Program-made: the position numbers and the translations under genes
Part shown: positions 9,766 to 18,028 of the stretch, one piece after another
Position numbering within the stretch: the first letter of the stretch is position 1
Layout: the number at the start of each line of letters is the position of its first letter
Source: Chloroflexota bacterium
GTDB lineage: Bacteria > Chloroflexota > UBA6077 > SHYK01
Direction of reading: 5' to 3'
Assembly (NCBI GenBank): GCA_035652535.1
Contig: DASRDP010000013.1
Coordinates: 6,016-70,015, forward strand
Length of the DNA: 64,000 nucleotides
The notes under the pieces: generated by a model
Seen by the model: only the letters and a program-made list of their open reading frames with translations
What the model was told of the DNA's origin: nothing
The model's database searches: none

Positions 9766-11942
9766 CCCGGCGCCCCCGTCGTCGCGGGGGCTTCGGGCGC
9801 CCACGCCTGTTCTACGATCTCGATGGGGCCGTCCTGCTCGATGACTTCCCAGCGGCTGACGTCCTCCTCACGCCAGAATCGCAGGCTCACCCGCGCTTGT
9901 CCGATCCGCAACCCGCACAGCTCGAGGTCGGGAAGCCAGCGCGGCAGCGTTGGAGCGACGTAGAGCTTGCCGGCCGGCGCGTCTCCTCGCAGCCCGAGGA
10001 TCGCCTGGACCAGGTGAAAAATAGACCCCGCCGCCCAGGCCTGCGGGATGTTCGCTCCGGCGTATTGGACCGGGTAGCTGGTCGTCCGTCGTGGAAGCCC
10101 GCTATACAGCTCGGGCAGTCGATAGCTGGCATGGTAGCGCGCGGCCTCGAAGATGTCGCGGGCGACCCGGTTCGCCTCCTCCGAGAATCCATAGCGCTTG
10201 AATCCCAGCGCAATGATTCCGTTGTCGTGAGGCCAGACCGACCCACGCTGATACGAAAAAGGGTTGTAGGAGGGGTTGAGGGACGTCAGCGTGCGGATTC
10301 CCCATCCGCTGAACATGTCGTCCTGCATGAGTCGGCGCACGACGCGCTCGGCGCGCTCGGGCAGTGCGATTCCGCTCCAGAGACAATGGCCGGCGTTGGA
10401 CGCGATGGTCTTCACGGGCTGCTTCTCCGGGTCTAGGCAGAATGCGTAGAAGCCGATGTCCTCACACCAGAACGCCTGGTCGAATCGCCGCTTGAGCTCG
10501 GCGGCGTCCGCCCTGAGCCGCTCGGCCCGCTTCGGCTCGCCCAGCACGTCGAAGACCTCGGCCATGCGCCGCTTGGCGTCGAACACATATCCCTGGAGCT
10601 CGCAGAGGGCTTTCGGCTGCCTGACCATTCGCCCGTCCGGGTAGACGATGGCGTCGCCCGCGTCCTTCCATCCCACGTCTTCATATCCTTGCGGCGAGCG
10701 CGAGCGGTATTCCTGGAATCCATCGCCGTCGACGTCCCCGCAGTGATCGATCCATTCGAGGCAGCGCAGCGCGGTCTGCCGGTGCTCACGAAGCAGCGCA
10801 GTGTCCCCGATCCACTTCCACGCCTCGTGCAGCACGATGAGATAGAGGATGGTGGCGTCGGCCGTCCCGTAGTAGGGGGTGTGAGGGATTTTGTGGAAGT
10901 GGGCCAGCTCGCCGACCCTCAGCTCATGGGGAATCTTCCCGGGCTCGGCGTCGCGCCAGTCGTCGAACTCTGTCGCCTGGTATTCGGCGAGCTTCGCCAG
11001 GGCTCCGCGTGCCAGGGCGGGATAGATCAGCATATTCTGCATGCTGACAATCAGCGTGTCCCGGCCGAAAATCGTCACGAACCACGGGACGCCGGCCGCC
11101 GGGAGCCACACGTCCGGCGCAAAATCCTCGTCATAGAGTCTCAGGGCGCCCATGTCCTCGACGGACTGAGTGTAGGCGCGATACACGTGCTCGTTGCTGG
11201 AATTCAACCGCGTTGCCATCGCCCGCCAGTCAGTTTGGAGCCGGTCCATCGCGGTGTCGCCCGTGTTCGCGATCGCGTGGCAGGTATAGAGCGGTTGGCG
11301 CGCTCTGCCGCCCTCTACCAGGACGTAGTGCGCGCACGCGTGCCATGATTCCCCTGGCGATAACGTAACCTCGAATACGACCCGCCCATTCGCGTAGTCG
11401 GGCTCTGAATCGCAGTTCAACAGCCGGTAGATGAAACGCCGGTGAAAGTCGCGATTGCTGTACGACGTGACCAGCTGCGCCCGACTGGGGTACCAGCGCG
11501 TCGTGGTGCGGCCACGGCGAACAAATCGGTGTCCTTTGACCTCGAAGAGGTCCGCGAAGTCCGAGAGTAACGCCACCTGAAGCTGGAAGCGGACCTGGTG
11601 GTCGGCGAAGCTGACGAGATCGAGATCCTCGTGGATTCCATCGCCAACCGTCCGGGTCACCGTCAGTCCCACCTGGTTGGTTCCGATCTCGCCATCTTCC
11701 GTTGAGATCGGTGGGTTGGCAAAGTGCAGACGAGCGGCGTAGTAGCTCACGGGGCTCGACGTGAGGAGATTCCAGCGCTCCTCGTTGATGTACAGCTTGT
11801 AGAAGCTGACGAACCGCGTGTCCCCGGCGAAGACACCCTGCTCGCTGGCGGGCTCGATCTCGCCGCGTTCGTCGGTCACCATGAACGTGCGGTCCTGGCT
11901 GATCGTCAGCCCGGTGGTTCCGACTTTGATCTCGATCGGCAT
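9762..11942 (-). CDS. glycogen debranching enzyme-like protein (amylo-alpha-1,6-glucosidase family, GDE_N + GDE_C)
   Basis: The C-terminal region (GWGIRTLTSLNPSYNPFSYQRGSVWPHDNG) is a GDE_C signature. The start MPIEIKVGTTGL has a ribosome-binding site AAAGGG upstream. Confidence 0.8.
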   Translation of the reverse strand: MPIEIKVGTTGLTISQDRTFMVTDERGEIEPASEQGVFAGDTRFVSFYKLYINEERWNLLTSSPVSYYAARLHFANPPISTEDGEIGTNQVGLTVTRTVGDGIHEDLDLVSFADHQVRFQLQVALLSDFADLFEVKGHRFVRRGRTTTRWYPSRAQLVTSYSNRDFHRRFIYRLLNCDSEPDYANGRVVFEVTLSPGESWHACAHYVLVEGGRARQPLYTCHAIANTGDTAMDRLQTDWRAMATRLNSSNEHVYRAYTQSVEDMGALRLYDEDFAPDVWLPAAGVPWFVTIFGRDTLIVSMQNMLIYPALARGALAKLAEYQATEFDDWRDAEPGKIPHELRVGELAHFHKIPHTPYYGTADATILYLIVLHEAWKWIGDTALLREHRQTALRCLEWIDHCGDVDGDGFQEYRSRSPQGYEDVGWKDAGDAIVYPDGRMVRQPKALCELQGYVFDAKRRMAEVFDVLGEPKRAERLRADAAELKRRFDQAFWCEDIGFYAFCLDPEKQPVKTIASNAGHCLWSGIALPERAERVVRRLMQDDMFSGWGIRTLTSLNPSYNPFSYQRGSVWPHDNGIIALGFKRYGFSEEANRVARDIFEAARYHASYRLPELYSGLPRRTTSYPVQYAGANIPQAWAAGSIFHLVQAILGLRGDAPAGKLYVAPTLPRWLPDLELCGLRIGQARVSLRFWREEDVSRWEVIEQDGPIEIVEQAWAPEAPATTGAPG

Positions 11943-12112
11943 GCCTATGCCCTTTCGGCGCCGAAACGGGGCGGTAAGCCTCGCGGGTTCGCCCTGACGC
12001 ACGACCCACGCGCGTCGCGCGAACGCTGGATACTACACTGTCGGAGAATGAAGCAGAAAACGGTCACGCGGTAGAATCGCAAAGCCCCCGGTATTCGAAC
12101 TCCGGTGAAAGG

Positions 12113-12490
12113 ATGCCCATGCAGGCTACGGAAAGTCCGAACTATCGCGAGCTCGTCAAGCGGGCGATTGACGCCGGCAAGTACGACCTCCTCCCCGTTT
12201 GGTTTCGGAGCACGGTTCTCGATCGATACCGGGGGGATCCGGACTGTCGGATCCTCCGGACCGACAGCGCCGGGCGCCTACGCGGGCCAGGCGGCTGGAT
12301 GCTGAATTTCGGGATCAGTCCGGACGATGCATTGATCCATCTTTCGATCTCCACCGCCCTTGGCATTCCCGAGGGGCACCGCGAGCACTGGCTGTCCCAT
12401 CTCGTAAGTCCACCGGTGGGCGAGAACTTCCTCCGCATGGTGATGACGCCCGGCGCGTGCATCGACGACGGCCGCAGCCGCGAGTGGTGA
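12113..12490 (+). CDS. hypothetical protein
   Basis: It is an ORF with coding-like composition lying divergent from the GDE gene. I recognised no family for it. Confidence 0.4.
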   Translation: MPMQATESPNYRELVKRAIDAGKYDLLPVWFRSTVLDRYRGDPDCRILRTDSAGRLRGPGGWMLNFGISPDDALIHLSISTALGIPEGHREHWLSHLVSPPVGENFLRMVMTPGACIDDGRSREW

Positions 12491-12518
12491 CTGGGCGGCG
12501 CCGCGCGGGCGGTCGCCC

Positions 12519-13010
12519 TTAGGCGGCGAGCGCCTCGTAGACGAGCGCGGTGCTCAACCCGTAGATCAGATGGGGGACGACGTCGGCGGTCCAACCTGCC
12601 AATCCCCACTCGGATGGCTCAGTCGCGCCGAGGGTTGTGGCCGGCACCTCGCTCGCGGCCATCGCCGCGCCGCCGAGAAGGATGCCCGCGGCTGGGATGG
12701 GCACGTCCCGCACGATCGCGCGCGCTGAGCCGTAAAGAGCTCCGAGCGCAAGACCGACTCCATACCCCATCAGCGCGCCCAACCCTTCGCGACGGTTCTT
12801 CACTTTTTCCGAGCGACGTTGCTCGTGATGCGACGCCTCCTCGTCCGTCACCAGGCGCAAACCCGCTTTCCCGGCGATCTTGTCCGCGACCTTAGCGGGC
12901 ACCTCGCTGGGCGGGCGTCCCCGCCAGGCCATATCGATGGACGTGCTGACGTTCAGGGCCACCGTGCCAACCGCGCCGGCGGCTACTCCCGCGAAGACCT
13001 GTTTCACCAT
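12519..13010 (-). CDS. hypothetical membrane protein (Gly/Ala-rich TM segments)
   Basis: It has hydrophobic stretches at both ends and plausible codon usage. Confidence 0.45.
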   Translation of the reverse strand: MVKQVFAGVAAGAVGTVALNVSTSIDMAWRGRPPSEVPAKVADKIAGKAGLRLVTDEEASHHEQRRSEKVKNRREGLGALMGYGVGLALGALYGSARAIVRDVPIPAAGILLGGAAMAASEVPATTLGATEPSEWGLAGWTADVVPHLIYGLSTALVYEALAA

Positions 13011-13167
13011 TTGGTCCTCCCACCCCGTGTGGCGCTCTCGCTGCTGGGTCTCTTTTCAGCCTATCACGCGCGTCGATCGTCCGTTGACTCGGCCGGCCCG
13101 GGACCCTTACCATCAGATCGAAGGTCGACCGCGCTGCGCATGCGGGCGGGTTTTCGCTGAGGGGCCG

Positions 13168-14898
13168 ATGGAGAAGCTTCCACGTCGTCGACTCGCGCTG
13201 CTCACGAGTCTCATGTTCCTCCTCGTTGCAGGCTGCGGGACTCCGAGCAGTGTCCCGTCGACCGGCGGCGCCGCGACCGGCGCACCGGCCCAGTCGACCG
13301 GCCCAAAGCGCGTCGTCGCAGCGATCATGGGCGATCCGACCACATTCAGCTACGCGGTGAGCCGGGCCGGTTCGGGAGGAATCCCCGGGGTCGACGCCCT
13401 CGAGCAGCTTGTGAACGCTGGGCTGACCGAGCCCGACGACAAGGGCAGCCTGCGGCCACAGCTCGCTCAGGCAGTGCCGTCGATCGACAACGGGCAGTGG
13501 CAGCTCTTCCCCGACGGTCGGATGCAGACCTCGTGGAAGATCCGAGCCGGCGCACTCTGGCATGATGGCACACCCGTGACCTCCGACGACCTCGCGTTCA
13601 CCGTTCAGGTGGGGACCGATCGAGACATTCCCGCGCTGGGAAACGCCGCCTACGCCAGCATCGACGGCGTCGATACGCCTGACCCGTCAACCGTGATCGT
13701 GCGCTGGTCCAAGCCATTCATCCAGGCCGACGCGATGTTCACCTACAACTTTGCCGTGCCGCTGCCGAAGCACCTCCTGGAGCACGCCTACACGGACGAC
13801 AAGGCCAACTTCACCCAGGTGCCCTACTGGACGCAGGACTTCGTCGGAACCGGCCCGTTCAAGCTCCGCGACTTCTCCCGCAGCAGCTATGCCATCCTGG
13901 TCGCGAATCAGAACTACATCCTGGGGCGGCCGAAGATCGACGAGGTGGAGCTGCGATTCATTCCCGACCCGAACGCCATCATCGCCAGCATCCTCGCCGG
14001 CGAAGTGGAGCTGACGATGGGCCGCGGCCTTTCGCTCGAGCAGGCGACCCAGGTGCGCGATCAGTGGCCCGATGGCAAGATGGCCGTCTCTCTCAATAGC
14101 TGGCTCGCGGCCTATCCACAGATGTTGAACCCGACTCCGCCAATCGTCACGGACGTCCGATTCCGGCGCGCCCTCATCGAAGCGATCGATCGGCAGGCCA
14201 TGGTTGACACCCTTCAGGCGGGGCAGAGCGCCGTGGCGCATAGCTACGTTTCGCCAAATACGGCGGAGTTCAACGTGATTTCGACCAGCATCGTGAAGTA
14301 CGACTTCGACGTGCGCAAAGCGGGCGATGCGCTGCAGGATCTGGGCTACGCCAAGGGAGGCGATGGCTTCTTTCACGACGCTGCCGGACAGCGGCTGGGG
14401 CTCGAGATCCGAACCACGGGCGGGGACGACCTGCAGGAGAAGACCATGCTCTCGATTGCCGATAACTGGCAGCATCTGGGCGTGTCCGTCGACCCGGTCG
14501 TCGTCCCGCGCCAGCGCGCAGCAGATCGGGAGTACCGGGCCAACTTCCCCGCGTTCGAGGAGGTCCGCCAGCCCAATGACCTCACGCCCGACTCGCTGAC
14601 CCGTTACTACGGCCCGGAGTCTGCGCTGCCGGAGAACCAGTACCGCGGTGGCAACCGGATGCGCTACCAGAACCCCGAGCTGGACGCGCTGATCGAGCGT
14701 TTCTACGTCACCGTCCCCAAGGCCGATCGCGAACAGGTGCTGGCACAAATCGTCCACCACATGACGGACCAGGTGATCCCCATCGGCCTCTTCTACAATG
14801 CCGGACCCATCATGATCGGGAATCGACTCCTGAACGTCGGGGCTGGCGGGTCCCAGGCGACGCCAGCCTGGAACGCCGAGCAGTGGGACGTGCGATAG
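13168..14898 (+). CDS. ABC transporter substrate-binding lipoprotein, family 5 (DppA/OppA-like)
   Basis: It starts MEKLPRRRLALLTSLMFLLVAGCG, a signal peptide with a lipobox. It is a full-length paralog of the SBPs at 1..1616 and 37851..39608. Confidence 0.85.
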   Translation: MEKLPRRRLALLTSLMFLLVAGCGTPSSVPSTGGAATGAPAQSTGPKRVVAAIMGDPTTFSYAVSRAGSGGIPGVDALEQLVNAGLTEPDDKGSLRPQLAQAVPSIDNGQWQLFPDGRMQTSWKIRAGALWHDGTPVTSDDLAFTVQVGTDRDIPALGNAAYASIDGVDTPDPSTVIVRWSKPFIQADAMFTYNFAVPLPKHLLEHAYTDDKANFTQVPYWTQDFVGTGPFKLRDFSRSSYAILVANQNYILGRPKIDEVELRFIPDPNAIIASILAGEVELTMGRGLSLEQATQVRDQWPDGKMAVSLNSWLAAYPQMLNPTPPIVTDVRFRRALIEAIDRQAMVDTLQAGQSAVAHSYVSPNTAEFNVISTSIVKYDFDVRKAGDALQDLGYAKGGDGFFHDAAGQRLGLEIRTTGGDDLQEKTMLSIADNWQHLGVSVDPVVVPRQRAADREYRANFPAFEEVRQPNDLTPDSLTRYYGPESALPENQYRGGNRMRYQNPELDALIERFYVTVPKADREQVLAQIVHHMTDQVIPIGLFYNAGPIMIGNRLLNVGAGGSQATPAWNAEQWDVR

Positions 14899-15078
14899 CG
14901 ACGCTTGGTACAGCGATGTGACGCGTCGCGGGGCCCAGGGCCCGCGGGACTTTGCGATACTCCACCGTTACAATAGGGAACTGCCCACCTGGGCTGAACC
15001 ACGTCAGCCGCCGGCCCCGAACCGACTCCGTGGGCAGGTAATGGTACGGAATCCAAACCACTGGCTCAGGAGAACTCC

Positions 15079-15606
15079 ATGTCCTCGCCGTTCCCACGCT
15101 CACTGTCCGCTCGTCTCGCTGTCCTGGCTGGCTTGAGCGCGTTCGCCATCGGAATGTTCGCCAACGCGGTGCTGATTGCCGATCCGAGGGCGGAGGCCCA
15201 GGACGACTGCACACAGCCCTCAGACTCGGGATGCCCGATGGGCATGAACACGCCGTTTCAGGCCGCGCTGACGGACCCTTCAACGCAGCACACGTGGCTC
15301 CTCGACGTGGCGGACACGACCGACTTCACCGTCACGCTCACCAACCTGGCTGGCGACTACGAGCTGACCGTCTACGGCCCCGACGGATCTCTGTACGGCT
15401 CGTCCGACAATGGCGGGACGCAGGATGAGGTGGTTCCGGTGACGAATCTCGGCGTGGGAACGTACACCGTGGTGGTCGACAGTCTGAGCGGCGATTCCAG
15501 CGACACGCCATACACCGTCATCGCGACCCAGGCCGCTCCCCCCACGCCGATCACCTTCACAACCTACGGAACCCCGGTCCCCAAGTCGTTCTCATCCTAT
15601 CGCTAG
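15079..15606 (+). CDS. secreted protein with pre-peptidase C-terminal (PPC)-like domain
   Basis: A signal peptide is present (cleavage near AEA/QDD). It is Thr/Asp/Gly-rich, and the segment DYELTVYGPDGSL...GTYTVVVDSLSGD resembles a PPC-type beta-sandwich. Confidence 0.6.
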   Translation: MSSPFPRSLSARLAVLAGLSAFAIGMFANAVLIADPRAEAQDDCTQPSDSGCPMGMNTPFQAALTDPSTQHTWLLDVADTTDFTVTLTNLAGDYELTVYGPDGSLYGSSDNGGTQDEVVPVTNLGVGTYTVVVDSLSGDSSDTPYTVIATQAAPPTPITFTTYGTPVPKSFSSYR

Positions 15607-17732
15607 TCGCGAAAAACGAGCCGGTCGAGGACCACGAGATCGTCGACGCGCTTGAAGCGCAGCGGCGGGGGGACGGGACCATTGTCTGCAGATCGGTATC
15701 GGAGGTGGAATTCGGCGACGCGCGCCGCCGTGACCCCTGGCGGGAGCGTCGGGGTGATGCCGCCCTCCTGGACCCAGTAGATCGGCCGTCCATTCGCCGC
15801 CAGTCGTGCCATGGACGCGGAAATGGCGGGCGTCAGCGCGCCAGTCGGGAGAGCGAAGGCGTCGACGCCGAGATCGAGGTCGAGTGGGAGCGCCGCGTGG
15901 ATCCCTGTGGGACCGGCGGAGAAGACGACTACGGCGCCCGGCTCGACCGCCCTGGCAATCGCGTCGAGCGCCGCTATCGTCCCGGAAGCGTGGCGCGGAC
16001 CGACGAAGTCGCGGTCCTGAACGACGCCCATCGCCACGCCCAGCCCGAAGAGGATCGCCGCGAGCGGGCATCCGAGCACGCGCGCCCCGGTCCACCATTC
16101 GCGCGCCACGGCCGCCAGGGCGCGTGGCTGTCGGTTTGCGGAGCCCACGAGAGCGCCGCCCGTCTCAGGGGAAGAAGACCCAGCCGCGGCGTCGGACCAG
16201 CCCGGCGCGCGCCACAGAGCGGTGGCGCCGACGCTGGCCAGCATCGCGATGAGCGGCACGACGGCTGGTACCAGCCGGCGTACCATCCACGGATGGTCGC
16301 CCGTCACGAGCGGGTCCGGAAGATACAGCAGGGCCGGCAGACCGGCAATGATCAGGACGGGCATGAGCTGGCGCGGGGCGCCGCGCCAGCCGGTCACAGC
16401 AAGCCCGATGGCCGTGAGAACGAGGATCGGCCAGGGTACATACCCGGCCACCCAGGCGATGGGTGACCCGGCGCCCTCGGTTGGGTCGCGGCCTGCGTTC
16501 GGCGCCACGCCGATCAGCGCCGCGCCCAGGCCAACGACGGCGACCGCGAGCGCCACACCTCTGCGCGCTCCAAGCCACGCCCGAGCGTGGCGGGACGGGA
16601 GGTCTCTCAGCCTCCAGCCTGCCGACCGCGTAGCCACGATCGCGGCGACCAGACCCGCGGCCGCCGCGATGCCGATCGCTCCGCGAGTCGCGGTGAAGCC
16701 GCTGTAGGTGGTCGCCACGTAGATGGGCGCGACGAGCGCATAATGGGCAATCGCCGCGACGAGGCCGGCGCCGCCGATCAATGCCAACCATCGGCGCCCG
16801 TCGTTCGGACTACCCTGTGCGAGGAGCCCGACCGCGAGCACGAGAAGCACACCGTCCGCCCGAGCAAGGAGGGCCGCGGCGGCGCTGAGCGCGGCCAACC
16901 CCGCCCATCGACTCGACCCTTCAGTTCGCCACCGAATGACACTCCAGGCGCTGATCCATGTAAAGGCGCCCAGCACCGGCTCCGCCATTGGCTCGCGCGC
17001 CCACCACACCTGGGCAAACGAGGTGGCGAGGAGGACGCCAACGATAGCCCATGACGGCCGGGGGTCGGTACGACGGCCGCACGTCGCCGCGGCGGCCAAC
17101 ATCGCGTACGCGAGGGCGAGGGCCCCGAATGCGCCGGAGACGTGCAGCGCCCCCTCGACTCCGGCCACACTGGCCGCCAGCGCGATCCACACGGGGAGAA
17201 CGGGCAGAAAGCCGCCCTCCACGGTCCCGCCGTCGAGGTCGCGGATGAACAGCTGCGTCGGGAACCGGATGCGCGCGTGGTTGAGGACGTTCTCGAAGAA
17301 CCAATCGTTCACCTCGGTTGGACGCAGACCGGACGCCAGCTCGGCGAGGGCGGGATCGTGGATCGTCGTTCCACCCCAGCGCGAGATCGCGAAGCCGGTG
17401 GCGACGTACACCGCTGGATCGCGCGGCCCGACGATGTTTTCGGATCCCGGGGCGATGAGAGCGCAGCCGACCGCCAGGATTGCGGCGGCGATTGCCGCGT
17501 CGTGGCCCGGGCGAAAGCCCCGAGGATCGATCGGCGGTCGCCACCACAGCGCCGTAGCCACCGCGACAATGCTGACAGCGGCGCCAGCGAGGAGCGGACC
17601 AAACCATCCGAAGTCCGCGACGAGGACCAGCGTGAGCGAGGCGCCCGACACGGTTGCGCCGAGCCAAGCCGCCCATCGATCCAGCCCGGTAATACGCTGT
17701 CGCTCCCCGATCGTCGGCATGAGATGGGTCAT
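15603..17732 (-). CDS. large polytopic integral membrane protein (possible GT-C-type glycosyl/arabinosyl transferase-like)
   Basis: It is 709 aa with many hydrophobic segments throughout. Its function is uncertain. Confidence 0.55.
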   Translation of the reverse strand: MTHLMPTIGERQRITGLDRWAAWLGATVSGASLTLVLVADFGWFGPLLAGAAVSIVAVATALWWRPPIDPRGFRPGHDAAIAAAILAVGCALIAPGSENIVGPRDPAVYVATGFAISRWGGTTIHDPALAELASGLRPTEVNDWFFENVLNHARIRFPTQLFIRDLDGGTVEGGFLPVLPVWIALAASVAGVEGALHVSGAFGALALAYAMLAAAATCGRRTDPRPSWAIVGVLLATSFAQVWWAREPMAEPVLGAFTWISAWSVIRWRTEGSSRWAGLAALSAAAALLARADGVLLVLAVGLLAQGSPNDGRRWLALIGGAGLVAAIAHYALVAPIYVATTYSGFTATRGAIGIAAAAGLVAAIVATRSAGWRLRDLPSRHARAWLGARRGVALAVAVVGLGAALIGVAPNAGRDPTEGAGSPIAWVAGYVPWPILVLTAIGLAVTGWRGAPRQLMPVLIIAGLPALLYLPDPLVTGDHPWMVRRLVPAVVPLIAMLASVGATALWRAPGWSDAAAGSSSPETGGALVGSANRQPRALAAVAREWWTGARVLGCPLAAILFGLGVAMGVVQDRDFVGPRHASGTIAALDAIARAVEPGAVVVFSAGPTGIHAALPLDLDLGVDAFALPTGALTPAISASMARLAANGRPIYWVQEGGITPTLPPGVTAARVAEFHLRYRSADNGPVPPPLRFKRVDDLVVLDRLVFRD

Positions 17733-17800
17733 CCGTCACCGCGAAGCGGCGGGCCCACGTGTATCATCAGCCGGTCACCCTGCCGCGCGGAGTATGTCTC

Positions 17801-18016
17801 ATGAACCCCAGCCACCTGAAGCCCGGCGCGCAGTACACCCTATCGGACGGCAGCATCGCGGAAGTGCAGCGAGTGCTCCCGGGAAGTATCAACGTCCAGG
17901 TGCGCTACATCGACTCGCTGGACAATCCCGAGATCCCGGTTGGCGCCGAGCGTGAAGTCCCGTTCGAGGAGATCATCGCGGAGTACCTAGGGACCCACGC
18001 CGAGGGCTTGACGTAG
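17801..18016 (+). CDS. small hypothetical protein (71 aa)
   Basis: The ATG is preceded by GGAG and the composition is coding-like. I know of no family match. Confidence 0.35.
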   Translation: MNPSHLKPGAQYTLSDGSIAEVQRVLPGSINVQVRYIDSLDNPEIPVGAEREVPFEEIIAEYLGTHAEGLT

Positions 18017-18028
18017 CCCCGCATCCCG

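Noticed and set aside
8138-9844. ORF 8138..9844 + (568 aa) spanning the cobN/cobO junction
   Set aside because: It is a low-complexity RPAS-rich translation that crosses two well-supported minus-strand genes. It is spurious.
12070-12105. tRNA-like T-arm hairpin (CCGG-TATTCGAACT-CCGG) upstream of 12113
   Set aside because: There is no acceptor stem, anticodon arm or CCA-compatible 3' end in the surrounding 90 bp. It is more likely a short stem-loop in the divergent promoter region.
15705-17955. ORFs 15705..16466 +, 16936..17955 + and 15592..16098 - overlapping the polytopic membrane protein gene
   Set aside because: The translations are Arg-rich and low-complexity. The minus-strand frame gives coherent TM helices instead.
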